64,000 bases of DNA from Amoebidium appalachense (lineage: Eukaryota > Protista > Ichthyosporea): the NCBI GenBank assembly GCA_963693365.1, contig CAVNZM010000006.1, positions 9,489,355 to 9,553,354 of the forward strand, given 5' to 3'. The translations under genes were made by a program, and so were the position numbers. Shown one piece after another: positions 26,710-41,700 of the stretch. Below the pieces are notes generated by a model, which saw only the letters and a list, made by a program, of their open reading frames with translations, ran no database searches and was not told the origin of the DNA. The stretch's first letter is position 1, and each line of letters starts with the position of its first letter.

Positions 26710-28618
26710 GCAAGAGCAGAACTACATTAGCATGGCTAACCGTGATGCACATTCAATCTATCCAAATAATTTGTAATCTTTCTTGAAGAAGGGATTTTAA
26801 AAATTTATCCAAATCAATATTGGGGAATAAGACTGGCAGGGCTAAGAATCCCTGCGTTACGCAAGGGAATATAGGACTACAATTGCAACATAGACACAAC
26901 GAGATATATTGTTGATTAATATATTTTCAGTGGATATTAATATTCACCGAGATAAACCAATTACGAAAAATAAAAAATATACGTATATGGCGTTGGACTT
27001 CATGAAATTTAACAGTAAATCACCGAATTGGTAGCCATGTATACGCAGGAGGAATGTGCATAGAAAATATCATAATGTTTAGTATTCAGCAAATAGTCTA
27101 CTATAGTAGTGTTATTGACATTGCGTGTCAATGTCAGCAACATAACGGAAACTGTCAGTGTTACAATCCAGTTATGATAACTGAGTCAACTGTATCATAC
27201 TCGTATATGACATTGGTCTATAGCTAGGCGTTCTGAGCCTCTCTGTCGAATCTGGTGTCATAGGAGTTACAGCTACGATTATAAATCACATAGTTTATCC
27301 GCCAGTGTAAGGTCGTCCAAGCAAGATCGTGCATGGACAAGCCTTATACAAATAATGGTATTGGGCAATACTGATCATGAGTCGTAGGTTTCCTAATATG
27401 GAAAGGAATATTCAGGCTGTTCGCCAGTATGGGTCAAAGAGAGCCATATGTATAGTGAGGGCCTAAGGGAATATAAAAACTCGTGAAAATATAGGATGCT
27501 GCGGGATAGCATTGGCTTTCTTTTCCTCAGGGCATAAAGTGGGCCAGACCTCGTTGTAAAATGCGAGATACTCGTCCACTATCTGCAGATTTAAACAGAA
27601 TTGAGATATATCCAGAAGAACGGAAAGGAATGGGTGTGGGTGTATCACAGTATCATGTGTCAATGTGCTTATAATATGGTGGAATAGAGAGTCGACAGGT
27701 GGTCGAAAAAGTTGGAGAAGAGGATGCGGAGTAGGTAAGCAAGAAAGGTGTACATATGCATGTGAAGATACCGAAGAGATGACGTACTCAAACATCCGCG
27801 GATCGATAGTGCTGCTGTACTAGTATGCAACTGCAAGTTGAATTGCAACAACTGCAGTACATACACGCAGTTGAACCCAGAAACATAAATAGCTACTAGG
27901 CTATTATGATGCAGCTATATTCAGTCATAGGTATCACTCTGCACTGAAAAGTAGAACACTTTATAACTAGCATCTATGTACCCAGGGGCCAGGGCTGCAG
28001 GGCACGTGAGCTACAGAGAAAGAAAACTTCGAAGCGGTGCGTGGCGAACCAATCAGCAGCATAATTTAGTGCATTATTCATTGTAGAAAGGCTTACGCCA
28101 GTTATCGCGCGATACTGAGCTTAGGCATAATGAGGCACGTGTGCTACCGGCACGACTTGAGCATGTAGCCTTTTAGTTCTTTCCGGACTAGAATGAATAT
28201 CTTTTAAAATCTTCGATTCAAAATGGGAACCTTTTTTTACATTAAGACTGTGTGAAACAGTGTATACTCTACCTTTACATGCTCCCGGTAAGGCTTGTGG
28301 CACCTTGGTCAGCTGCCACAGCAATATGTAGCCTAAACTATAATATCATGCATGCTAAAGACTGCTTTGGCTTTCACGGATGCGCTTTTGACCAATAAGC
28401 GTTGCGCCGCTTTACCAGCACATCTGATTGGCTAAAGAGCGGCAGCTGCCAGCCAGTCTGCCAGAACGACAAACACAAAAAAAAAATCCGCTTCTTGCAC
28501 ACTTTTCACTGCCAGGTCACCCCGTCGCAGGGTGTTTTCTTTCCAACAGATAACTCGTGTGTTACCTATAGTTCTGTTTATTTCTACGGGTGTGCAAATT
28601 ATTATTTGCACATAGAAA

Positions 28619-31600
28619 ATGGAGGCGGCAAATGGGGAGAGCCCGGCACTGGCTGGGCAACCCCCAGATTCACTGGGGAGCAAGAGGAAACCCGCCCTCT
28701 CGTTAGGTTTAATGAGCAGTTTTAAAAAGAAGAAGGATGGGAAACCAAAAGAGAAGTCTGGTGACGACAATGTAAATGTGTCTGAGGACGATGGTGACAC
28801 CCTAGTTGACGGTGCATTCCACCTGACTCATAACTTAAGCTCTACAAGCCTGGCATCACTTGGTTCAGAGCAGGTGAACATTCATTCCCCATTCCAAACC
28901 ACCCCTACATCCTTATGTTAAAAAAGGCGGGACGGGAGTATCGCGGGTGGTTTTGTGTGCTTGGTTCTTATATCTCATTCAGATAGCTGCAGGGTCATGG
29001 TTGGTGGCTTAACATCTTGAAAGCAAGCTTGTGCACCAAAAAACACACAGAGTCAGGACGATGTGGCAGGTTGCTTAAGTGAGCGGAAGCAACTTGAGGA
29101 ATATGGCATCTTTCACGCTGACACTAATAATTCTTCTAATCCCCATTAGGCCGAGTCTGTTTCACAGCCCGAGAGCCCCAGCACTCCGCAGTCCCCAATA
29201 GTCTCTCGGCCCCCGTCACGGTTGAGAGCAGGCACAAACCAAGGAGACGACTCTGCAGATGAGGCAGAGCCCAAGGAGAAGACAAAGAGCCTTTCGCGGC
29301 ACAGTGCAAGCATTGTAAGTGCCAACAGCCGTACCCCACTTTGGCCTCCCAGTTCAGCTTTTCAGAGACATTATTGGTTCAAGGTGTGCAACTTCTCTCC
29401 TTTTCCCTTATCCCATCCCTAATGACTTGGGAGCTTGGATTCTCTACTAGCTTGGGTGTAGAACTTAAATCGTTTCGTTGTGGTGGTCACGTCGGAGTCT
29501 TAATCCATGTCACTAACACAACCTCTTTGCTCGACCAGAAACGAGTTATGGCACCTCTGCGGAGGAGTGAGTCGGTGGGCTCACAAGAAGCCCCAGCCCA
29601 AAGCGAGATTAACAAGAGTATTTTGGAGTTGTTTGCCAAGAAAGAGAAGGAGCTCCGCAATAAAGCCTCTGCGCTAGAGGCTACGGAAAGCACACTTCAA
29701 TCAAGAGAAATGGAATGTAAAGAGAAGGAGAGATTGATACAGGAGAAGGAAGAGCAGCTTCGGCAGCAGCATGAAATCATAGAGGACAAGGAGAGACTCC
29801 TTAAATACAACCAAGAGAAGCTCGATGAATTTGCCGGTATGTTCTAGATAATTATCCCCATTAGTGCATGCAAATTGATCTGCAACATATGTTATGCATG
29901 CAACCTCACGCACGGCAAGGCATCACGTTCAAAGTCTTTAATCTTCCGTAGACCTGAAGAAATACGTCTGGATGTTTGGGATCCCTGCAGAAAAACCACA
30001 CGTGTATATGCGGAATCTCTGGGTCACCTTGCACGTGCTCGCACACATAGTTTGACTTTGCCGTGCAGGGATCCGGCCTAGCCAAATTTATAGGATATGC
30101 ACATTCACTTGACGACATGCACCCATATCATAAGCTATCCGTTCGCAGGGGTTCACTTGATACACTTGGCGCACAACCACACCTGTCCTGTAGTTCTCCC
30201 CTCTCCCCCCTCCCCCTCTCCCCCCCCCCCTCCCCCCGCCCCCTTCCCCCCTCCCCCCCTCCCCCAAACCAACCAACCCTCCCCCTCTCTCCCTACACTT
30301 TTTCTTCGCCCCTACTCCCGACACGTGCCCTGTTTTGCTGGTGTTTTAAGGTTGCGCCCCCCCTCCCCCCTCCCCCCCTTCCCCCTCTCTCTCTCCCCCC
30401 TCCCCCCCCCCCCCTCCCCCCCCCAGCAACACACACACACACACACACACACAACAATGAGAAAGAAGAATATGAGAAAGAGAGAGGAAGGAGGCCCGGG
30501 GGGGGGGGGGGGAGGGGGGGGGAGCCTGGGACAGAACAAAACCTCCTTTTTCAACCCTTCCTCTCGACTCCATCCACTCCAAAAAAAAAAAATCCCTCCA
30601 CCTCCATCATCACCGGTACTGCCACCACCACCATACGACCTCCACCCAATCGATATTTCGCTTCTAATTTCTCTCTACTTTGCAACAGCAACCATAACCC
30701 TCCCTGGAAATGTGCCCAAAATCCCCTTTGCTTCCCCAATTTTCCGAACTCCGAATTACAACTTGGGTAACATACTTTCTTGCAGCTGAACAGAAAGCGC
30801 TGGAGAAGCGAAATCACAAAATGCAGAAGGAGCTTGCACAGCGCCTGCAGCAGCTGGACCTCCTGTCGAGGGAGAAGACCACCCTGGAGGTGCAACTGCA
30901 CGAGACTATAAACATCAAGGAGCAGGTACGGATGTTTGCTTTGTGGGTGTTTGGTATTGATTTCTACTTGTGCACGTGTGCATGTCTGTTTTTGTTTGGG
31001 TATGCGCGCAAGTGTGTGTGGATGTGATACCAGAGAGACGAGAGGAGAGAAGGACTTGGGGGGATACAGCGTGGAGGGGAATCCAAATATGTCCCTAATG
31101 TGATGGAACGAGTAAGCTCGGTTGGAGGCGCCGGGGGGGGGGGGGGGGGGGGGGGAGGGGGAGGGGGGAGGGAGGGGAGGGGGGGGGGAGGGGGGGGGGG
31201 GGAGATGCCTGCAAATACATGGTCATGCCGATACACATTATAGGGTCTTCCTGCCTTCTACGTAACTGCAGTATATACCTGCTCTTATTCACTAGCCTCC
31301 CTGTAATCTATATTACACGACAAGAACGCTTTCTTAGATGCCCCTAAATGGTCAATATGAGTCCTTCCTTCCCACCTGCCCCTTTCCCCCCCCTTCCCCC
31401 CCTCTACTCCTCCCTTTAACTCCCCCCCCCCCCTCGGGGGGCGCACAATGTGCACTTGCACTTCCCTGGCATAGAGAATTCGGCCTGTTCCATTAGGTGG
31501 ATGTATCCCTAAGACCTACCTCTCGTGCTAATACTTAGTGCTCTCCCTCTTCCTCCATCCCCCTGTGCCTCGTCCACCTCGCCACCAGATTTTACTGCCA

Positions 31601-33410
31601 TTAAGACCCCCCCCCCCCCCCCCCCCCTCCCCCCCCCTCCCCCCCCCCCCCCCAAACAAACACACACACACACCCCAGTACCACCACCACCCCCCGCCCC
31701 CCCCCCCCCCCCTCCCCTGTGTTACGCAACATATCCACACCATCTTGCATTCAGGTGCTGTCAGAGGCGCAGCAGAAAGCCAGCCAGCTGGAGGAGACAC
31801 AGAATTTCCTCGAGGAGACTGCCGAGGCCAACGCCATCAAAGAGAAGACCCTCTACCTGCTGGAACAGGCACTCAAGATCTCACGCGCACAGTGCAACGA
31901 CATGGAAGCCGCACTGAAAAAGGTGCCCACAACGATGCAAGCCTGCATGTGTGTGCATTTCTGGTGGTGCCTTCCTATGCCTTGTTGTTGCTGGGGGCTT
32001 TGCTGTGGGGGGGAGGGGGGAGGGGGGGGAGGGGGCGCGCACCGAAGGCTATCATGTGCAGTCAAAACTATGTAGCATCTACGGGATCCTGGCAAGCTTA
32101 AGCACATGCATGTGTGTGTTTGTTTGTGTGTGTGTGCGCGCGTGTGTGTGCATGCGTGCGTGCGTGTGTGCTTGCGAGCGTGCGTGCGTGCATGCGTGTG
32201 TGCGTGCGTGTGTGCCTGTGTTGTGTGTACGAGTGCGTGTGTATGTGCGCGTGCGTGTGTGCGCGTGTGCCTGATGTTTACCTGATGTGGGCCTGTAATT
32301 GGAGAGATTGTGGTTCGGAATAGTGGCTGACACCCAGCCACACGCACACACCAGGCCCAGCTTGAAAATAGCCACCTCCACGTCCAGCTATCCACAGCCG
32401 AGGCTGATTTCCACCGCCGGGCAGAGCAGCTGCAGCGGGAGGTCCAGCGGCTCAACGATTCCCTTCACCAATCAGAGCGCGCCATAGTCAAAAATGAATC
32501 GAAACTACGTGCCGGCGAGGAAGAGAAGCAATTGCTATGCCACCGCTTAGAGGCGGCAACCCGGGAGATGGAAGAAGCACGGGTATCCGCCGGCAAACTT
32601 GAATCGAAGTTGCGGCAGGCCAACCAAGAGTCCGCCGACACCCACACCCGCCTAGCACTTCTGCAGCAACAACTCTGCGACAAGGATGGAGAAATCTCCT
32701 CCCTTTCAACAGCAAAAATTAAACTCCACACGGAGTACCACGAGGCACAGCAGCGGGCAGCAGAGGCCCAGGCTGCATTGCAGGCGCAGTTGCGGCAGCA
32801 AGAGCAGGAGCTATTCTTGAAAACGGAGGCGGTTACACGCCTTGAAAACGACATGAACGACACGAGCCAGACAGTCAAACGCCTCGAGCAGGATATCCAG
32901 TTGCTCAGGTCGGAGAAAGCTGAGGCTCTAGTGCGGGAAAAGGAGGCACACAAGTTAGTCAGGAATACGGAGTTGCTTCTCCAACAAGAGCGAAAAACGG
33001 GGGCGGAGCTGGCAGGTAAACTCGAACAAGCCAACAACGAGTTGGAGGAAACAATCAGTGAGAGGGATCGGGCGGAGGAAAAGGCGGCCAGGCTAGAGCG
33101 TAACGTTATCCGTAGTCTGCAGTCGTTACTTGCTGAGGCCTCGGCTCTGGAGGTCAAGCACAAGGCGCTCTTGGATAGCCAGCAGGCACGAATCCAGCAG
33201 ATGCAGGTGGGCGTTGTGTTCGTAGATTGGTAAAAGGTGGCTGTTGGGGGGAGGATTTTGCATCTTTGCTCTATTGCAATCATGGTGGGAGTAGGGGCTT
33301 TATTAGGAGTATGTATGGCATGAATCTCCAACCCAGGGAGAGAGAGGGCAGGGTTGGGGGGAGGAGGGAAGGAGAGAGGCGTTAGTAGGGGGGAGAGAGA
33401 AGAGGGGAGC

Positions 33411-33444
<34 letters not shown>

Positions 33445-35002
33445 ACTGACATCACCATTTTGCCTCTTCACAGCATGAGCTTGACCAGCTTCGGTTACAG
33501 CTTGCATCTGCCACGTTGGCTCATGAGCAAACGGAGGCCAGTTTAACAGCCCAACTGGCCTCTGCACAAAGTGAAGTGACCACATTCACCCAACAGGTAA
33601 GAGATGTGTCCAGATATCTAAGTAAAAACTGTGTTTTTGTCCTGCGTCCTCCCGGTTAACGAGGTGAATAGGTCGAAAGTCGGGTACTGTGGATGACGTG
33701 GCCCCCCCTGAGGATGGGCTCTGCTTATTATGCATACTCTTTATGTATGGCTTGCATTCTGCATCGTGGTATCCGTTTGTTCTTGTGTAATTCGTACTTT
33801 TTGACGCATTCAAACCCCCCCCCCCCCCCCTTTTGGGGTTTCCCTAGGCTCGGGGCCGGGGCCCTCTAAATGGTGCCCTTGCTCACTTGATGCATGCTGG
33901 ATACTCTTTTGTAGCACCCTACGCAATGCACCATTTCCTTCGTTGCATGTCCTCGTACTTCTTACTTCCTGCCGCATCCCCGCATCCCCCCCCCCTCCCC
34001 CACCCTCCCTCTTTCCCCGCCTTCCTCCCCCCACCCAACCAGCCGCCCACACACATATACACCCACCCATCTACCCATCCCCCTACTCCCTGTCCGTTGT
34101 TCCTACTTCCCTACGTCCATCCGTCTCTCCCTTCCACCCTTGCCCACTCCATCCTCGCCAACCCACCTGCCAACCCCCCCTCGCTCCCCTTCACCTGCCT
34201 ACTCTCCCCTTCGTTTCTTAATCCTTTTCAGTGTGCAACACATCTCTTTCGGTTCTTTCCTTGGCTCCACTCCCACCTCCTCTTCACCCTTCTGCGACAT
34301 CGTTCCACAGTCCTCTTGCCCCTGCTCGATTGGATTTTCTCGCCGTTTGTCTCCCCCAAACCCCTTCAACCACTCCATGTCCTTCATAGTCTCTTTTGTT
34401 GCCATTTTTTCTCCCTCCGTGTTGCCCTTTTCTCTTCTTTTTCTCCTGTGCCTCCTTACCCCCTGCCCCATCTCCCCCTTCCAACACACACACACACACA
34501 CATGCACATCCTCAACGATCCATTCTATGTATATGATTTTTTTAACTGTGTGTGCCTTTTGATGCGCAGTGCTCTTCATTGCCATACCTGCATTTGGTTA
34601 TGCGCACTGCATGTGTAATCCGTTCCTCACCCCATCCTCTTCTTGCAATACACCCTGTTACGAACCTCTTCCCCCCCCCCCCCGTCCCCCTCCCTCCCTC
34701 CCCCTGCCCTTTTCAGTAATCCCTAATCCCTTCCAAAACCCCAGCTCTCAGGAACAAGCCTCCATTTCCATCCCATGCCTGCTCTCTCAGAGTCCCCCCA
34801 CCCCCCACCAACCCCACCCACCCACCACCACCACCCACACTGCCTCCGCCAGCACGCTCCTTCCCCATGTCTCCTCTCATGTTACAACCTCAAACCCTCA
34901 CCCAATGAAACCTCGCACGTTGCACGTCCCCATTTCCACTTCTGTGCCCCCCTGCAAACAGTTTTCTCTCCTTCTCTCTCCCTCGCTCGCTCTCTCACAC
35001 TT

Positions 35003-35034
<32 letters not shown>

Positions 35035-35693
35035 TTCTTTTCTTCCCACCCCCCCCCCCCCCCCCCCCCCTCCCTCCCTCGCTCTCTCCACCCCCCCCCC
35101 CCCTTTTCTCCCCCCCCCCCCCCCCCCCCCCTTCTCACCTCTTTCTCTCTCTTCCCCCCCCCCCCCCTTCCCCCCTCCCCCTCTCCTTCCATCAATCCCA
35201 CTCCCTGTGTGTATGTGTGTTTCTGTGTGTACCTGTGTCTCTTTCTACCCCCTTCCCTTCCAGCCTTTGCCCCTCCGTGCATTTCGGGTTTCTTGCCAGC
35301 TTCTTATGTGTTCTTTTGCTTACTGTCATATACCAGTGTAGGACAAGCAAACGGCCCTGGGTGAGGCGGGGAGGGGGGGGGGGGGGGGAGGGGGGGGGGA
35401 AGGGGGGGGGAAGGGGGGAATGCTTGGGTGACAAGGCAGGGTGGCTAGGGAACAGTTGAAGAAGCTTCGGTAGGCAAAGGGTAAGATGGAGAATGGAGAA
35501 AAGATTTTTGGGGACCGGAGAGGGGGGAGGGGGGAGGGTTTTGGGGGGAGGGGGGGAGGGGGGGCTTAGTGCTGCAACGAGGGCTACAGAGCAGGTGGAG
35601 TGGCTGGAAGAAAGTATGTGTGTGGGACGGGTCGGTTGTTTGCAACGGAAGGGTGGGGGAGGCATGGGGGGAAGGGGGAAATAGGGCTGGGCT

Positions 35694-35733
<40 letters not shown>

Positions 35734-38700
35734 CTGGCTGGCTAGGACGTGTGGATTGGAAAGGGGGTTATGGGGAGAAAAGAGTCCGGGAATCACCCGG
35801 ACTTCAAAAGTGAGGAGCAGAGAATATACTATAGGAGAGGGGGGCTCTATGGGGGGGGGGAGGGTTGGGGGGGGGTGCAGAAATGCAGGTACAGGTTTCA
35901 TCAGTGTGAACCTGGCCATGGCTTGCTACTGAACCATGTTGTTGTTTTCCCCAGGTTGAAACCTTGAAATCCGAACTGAGTGTCAAGTCAGCCGATCTAG
36001 ACGAGACCAAATGCGAATGTGCACGCCTTGTAGCATCGTGTGCCGCCAGCGACATTCGAATGGCCGAGCTCCAATCAGCACTAGCGGCTGAACGCGAGTC
36101 AGCCAATCAACAGCAGTCAAGAGCATCTCAGCAAGAGGCTGCACTCAAGTCCCAGCTGGAGAGTCTTCAGGGTGAGTTGACGGCAGCCCATAGCTTGGCC
36201 GAGCAGCTGCAGGCCACCCTCGGCCAGGTGGAGGCACAGCGAAACCAACTCACTCAAGAAACAGCCACCATGAGGCAACATCTGGACACGTATGCAGAAA
36301 CGGAGCACAGACTGAGAGCCGAGCTGGATTGCCAAAACGGGGAGGTGCTTCGACTTACCCAGCATGCGGCATCATTATTATCGTCAATAGAGCAGCTACA
36401 GGCACGCAGCACGGCACAGGGGGAGGAAATTGCCACCCTCACCAGGGCATTGTCTGCAGCAGAGAGCAAGTCAGGACAGCTGCAGGCCGCACTCCAAGCA
36501 GAGCAGGCAGAGTGCCGCAACATTGCGGAGTCCCTCACTGCAGCACGTGCAGACGCATCCATCCTTGCCGACCAGCTGCGGCAACTACAGGAGGAGCATG
36601 AGCAGATATGCAGCACCCTTACCAGCACCACAGCCGAGCTCCATGCCAGCAAGCAGCAGCACACAGGGCTGCTGGAGACCTCCCGGGCTGACCTTGCCCG
36701 GGCACAGCAAGAGCACGAGTCTGTGTCTGCCCTGCTTGCCGACCAGCGTGCTTGCACACAACGGGAGACCACCCAAGCAGATGCCATAGCCGCCGAGCTA
36801 GCAACCACCCGGGAGCTTCTTGTCCAGGCTCAGCAGCATGCCGCCGACACCGAAGCCAAACTAGCTGAGACACAGGCAGACTTCCAGAAGGCCAGTGCAT
36901 CCCTAGAAGCCCGATCAGCCGAAGTTGCCCAATTGCGTGAGCAGCTACAGAGCAGCACGTCCGCAGCCCAGACAGCTGCTGCGGCTGCCCAGGAGCAGTT
37001 GAGTTTGGCCCAGCAGCAGGCAGCATCCAGCGAGAACCGTGCAACGACACTTTCTGCAGAAGTTAAGCAGCTGCAACTGCAGCTTGAGGAGGCAACACAG
37101 GCAGCGGCAGCGGCATCCACAGCCGCAGGGCTTCAGCTCCAGCAACAAGGGCTCCGACTGGCCGAGGCCCAGCAAATGCTACAAACAGCAGAGGCGTCTG
37201 CAGCCACCATGCAGCAGGAGCTGACCCAGGCACGGCAAGCAGCAGCAACAGAGGCCGAGCGGGCAGAAGACCAGGCTGGCATTGCTGCCGATCTACGGCA
37301 CAACCTGGATGCCCTTACCGAGGAATCTGCTGCGGCGGCAGCGGCGGCGCAGCAACAACTGAACGAGGCCAAGCAGGCTGCTGCCCAACACGCCACGGAG
37401 CAGGCTGATCAGTTGGCCCAGCTGCAGCAGCAACTTGCTGCAGCAACCAAGTCGGCAGACACAGCAGCCACAACCGCTCAGCACGAGCTGGATTGTGCCC
37501 TCCAGGCGGCAGCTACATCACAGCACCATGCCAACGAGTGCTTGGCCCAGGCCAACCAGCTACAGCAAAGGCTGCAGGCTGCGAAGGGGGCGGCTGACCT
37601 GGCACAGCAGGAGCTGGTGGCGGCAAGAGCATCAGCGGCAGACACTGGCAAGGAGCTGCATCTGGCCCGAGAAGCCCATGCAGCAGAGATCAAGCGGGCA
37701 GAGGACCTGGCCAGCCTGGCTGCAAACCTGCAGCTGCAGCTGGATGCCCTCAAGGAGGCGGCTGGTGCAACAGCGGCCATGGCGCAGCAACAACTGGACC
37801 ACGCCAAGCAGGCTGCTGCCCAACACGCCAAGGAGCAGGCTGACCAGCTGGCCCAGCTACAGCAACAGCTTCGGGAGGTCCAGCAACAGTTGCAGTTGAC
37901 CGTGGCCGCAGCAGCCACCACCCAGCATGAGCTGACCCAGGCCCAGCAAGCAGCAGTGTCAGAGGCCAAGCGGGCAGACGATCTGGTCAGCCTTGCTGCC
38001 GATCTACGGGAGAAGCTGGATGCCCTCACCGAGGCATCTTCTGTGGCGGCATCAGCGGCGCAGCAACAACTGGACCAGGCCAAGCAGGCTGCTGCCCAAC
38101 ACGCCCAGGAGCAGGCTGACCAGCTGGCCCAGCTGCAGCAGCAACTGGGTGCGGTAGAAGCCACTGCCACAACAGTGCAGCAGGAACTGGCCATAGCAAA
38201 GGCAGCAGCTGTGGAGATGCAGCAGCAGCTGAGCCAAGAGCGGCAATCTGCCGCAGCGGTGCGATTGCAGTCAGAGGCCCAGGCCACTGTGTTGACAGAA
38301 CTGCAGCAACAGCTCCAGCTGGCCAGGGAAAAGGCTGGCACAGCGGCAGCAACTGCCTGGCAAGAGCTTGCCCAGGCCCAGCAAGCGGCAGGGACAGCAG
38401 CTGAGCGTGCTAGCACCTTGGCCAGCCAGGTGGCTGAGCTGCAGGCTAGTATTTCCACCCACCAACAAGAATCGGCGAGTGCACAGGGAGAGCTGGCAGC
38501 CACCAGGCAGGCATTGGCAGCGGCGGAAGATCAAGCCTCTGGGTCCGGCGCCCAGGTGGCAGGCTTGCAGCAGCAACTGCAGGCAGCCCAGGCATCACTG
38601 AAGGGGCTGGAGGCAACTGCAGCCACCCAGCTGCTTGCCAAGCAAAGGTCGCAGCAGCAGATTGAGCAATTGGAGGGCCAACTTCAGCAGGCGGCAGCAC

Positions 38701-41700
38701 GGGCAGGCACCGTAGCCAACAGGGCTGACGAGGCCGACCAGCGGTGCACGGCACTCACCAGCCAGCTGGCTGAGATGTCATCTGCCCTGCAGGCAGCCAC
38801 AGCACTTGCCGACCAGCACAAGCTCCAGCTAGAACAGCAAGAATCAGCCATTGCCACCCTGGTGGCAGCTTGCGACGCTGCAAATAGCCAGGCCCAATCC
38901 TGGGAGGCCAGGGCCATTAAGGCAGAGGACGACATCGAGCAGCTCCAAGCCACAACCAATGAGGAGACGGCACGTGCAACGGACCTTCAGGGGCAGGTGG
39001 CTTCCCTGGTACAGCAATTGGCAGCAGCCCGGGCAGAGGGCCAGCGAGCAGCAGAGCAGAGCGAGGCACGTGTGGGTCTGATCAGGGCGTTGCAGACCCG
39101 GGTGGCCGACATGGAGGAGATGTTGGCCCACGCTGGCCAAGACGCAGACCAGGCCAACACCCGGGCAGAGTCTCTGACCCAGGAGGCTGCCCAGCTGCGG
39201 GACCAGGTGGAGCAGCTGCAGCAGGCCAGCACCACAGAGGCACAGCGTGCAGGCGAGGCCACCACGCAGCTGCATGCTGCACGTGAGCAGTGCCAGAGCT
39301 TGGAGGCACAAGCAACCCAGTTGGGCCACGAGCTGGCAGCCACCCAGAGCAACATGGACAGTGTTCGGCATCAGCTTACCCTGCTACAGGCCGACCATGA
39401 GGCTGTGGCCCAGGCCAGAGATGGGCTGACCCAGCAGCTGGCCGACACCAGCAGGCACCTGCACCGGGCTGAGACTGCACTTGTATCCCTGCAACGTGAC
39501 CACGAGGCCCTTGAACAGCAGCTTGGCCGGGAGCATGCCACTGCCAGCAGCCTGTCAGAGCAGTTGGCCGAGGCCAGAGCTGCTCTGGCCAAGGCTGCCA
39601 CCGTCGGGGCCGATCTTCGGCAGCAGCTGGACCACAGCAGCACCGTGCACCAGGTGCAGCTAGCAGAGGCCCACAGCCAGGCCCATGCTGCAACCCTGCA
39701 GGTGGCTGCATTGGAACAGCAGCTGGCACATGCTATGGCAGACACAGCTGTGGCCCGCCAGGAGCACCTGCAAGCCAAGGAGTTGGCCGGCCAGCTGCAG
39801 GGCACCTTCGATGATACCATGGCCCGGCTGGCTGCCACATCCAAGGAGCTGGACACCACAAAGGCAGAGGCAGCTGCAACAACCGACCGTCTTCTGGCTG
39901 CCCTTTCTGACCTGGAAACCACGCGCCAGACAGTGAGCGCTGGCGCAGCTGCTGCAGAGCGCCTGCAGGCGGAGGTTGACAGCACCCGTCACATGGCCAA
40001 TACTCTAGCCGCTGAACTTGAGAAAGCCAAGGCAGACAGCACCACCCAGCAGGCCACCGCACAGCAACAACTGCAAGACGCAGCAGCCGCATCAGCTGCT
40101 GCCCTCCAGCAGCTGTCCGAGGCAGAGGCCAGGATCTGCGAGCTCACCTCTAAGGCCGATGACATGCAAGGGCTCGTCAACAGCAAGACCCATGAGGCGG
40201 AGGTGCTGGCCCAGCAGCTTAGCCAGGCCCAGGGTGCAGCCGCATCCACGGCACTTGTGCTGGAGGAGGCCAGGGCAGCCAGCCAGCTCGAGACTACACA
40301 ACTGCAGCAACAGCTTCAAGCAGCCACAGACAGGGCGGCGCAGGCCGCTGAAGAGTGTGCCCGGTTGGCTGAGCAACTGGCCACTGCCCAATCCGGTGTG
40401 GCCAAGTCGGAGGCGCTACTAGTGACTCAGCAGCAGCAGGCAGAGGCAGACTGTCAGGCGCTGCGGGCCACAGTGGCCACCCTGCAGGCAGACCTCGACC
40501 AGAGCCGGGAAGAGGCCACACGGGCAGTAGATCATGTACGTGCATTGCAGCAGGCAGCGGCAGCGGCAGAAGGTGAAGTCCAAACACTGCGCATGCGGAT
40601 CACCACTATGGAGGTGGATGCGGCAGCCACAGCATCTGCCCATGAGCAGGCTCTACGTGCGGCTAGGGACGAGACCAGCGCCCTTCATGCGCAACTGCAA
40701 GATTACGCTGCCGAGGTTGAGCAGCTCCGGGGCCAATTGGCTGGGGCACAGACCCAAGAGGAATCTTCCGCAGCCAGGGTGCAGCAGCTCGAGCAGCAAT
40801 TGGCAGACACCACCAGCCAGGCTACAAAGCTGGCCGAGCGGGTTGCAGGGCTGACCAGCCAGCTGGAGGCATCAGCAACCACCATCCAAGCCCTCACCAC
40901 CCAGTGTGCTGACCTGGAGCACCAGCTGCTTGAAGCAAACAGGCTGGCTGCCAGCACCCAATCTCAGCTGGATGAAACCCAGGCACGGGCCAGCAGGGTC
41001 GAAAAGGAACTTGGGGAGATGCGGCTGAAGCTGGAGCAGCAGGTTGGTTGGACGTGGCCCTGGCTGTCGTCTATTCCTGTGCATGTGTCTACTTGGGAAA
41101 CAGAGTGGATTTACGAAAATGCAGCCCCGAGTTCTATTAAGTCGGGATAGATTTATGGATATGTGTACTTTTAGCATAGAGAAAAAGGGTTCGAATGCTT
41201 TGGGTTTTAGTAAATGTACATCAGTGTACTTTGTAGGTAGTTACCGTTTTCTACTATAGCATAAGGGCATTGTGTGCATGTCGTTCCATATATATGTGAT
41301 CGTATATACTATAAAGTTTTCTCCCCTGTGACCACATGTTGTAAAATGTTCCTTTCCTGGCGCAATAAACTGAAATTGAGACATTTTGGTCACCTGGGTG
41401 GGTGCACTTGTCCCCTGTGCACACAAACTCTTTCGCAAACACCCTGACTAGTTTAAGTGCCTGGGGGGTTGGTTATCAGAGGTGCTCTCTAAATCGAGTG
41501 CGAGATTGGTGTTCGTTTATCCACGGATGTGTGGCAATTAGCCTAGGGGGGAAGCATAAAGGGGCAAAGGAAACGAAGGAGGGGGGGCTCGGGGGATTAA
41601 AACCACCGATAACATGTGGCAACTTGTGTTAGATGTCTTTATGCAGGCAGCATGACTAACTAGTACTTGATCACTCTCAGGTCAAAATGGTCGATGAGCT

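Noticed and set aside
26849-26880. Helitron 3' terminus (hairpin CCCTGCGTTACGCAAGGG)
   Set aside because: It is followed by CTAC rather than CTRR, and no 5' end or second copy is visible.
35964-41150. Stand-alone 1728-aa gene (e.g. viral or tape-measure protein)
   Set aside because: It is bounded by an acceptor at 35955 and a donor at 41042, in phase with flanking coiled-coil exons.
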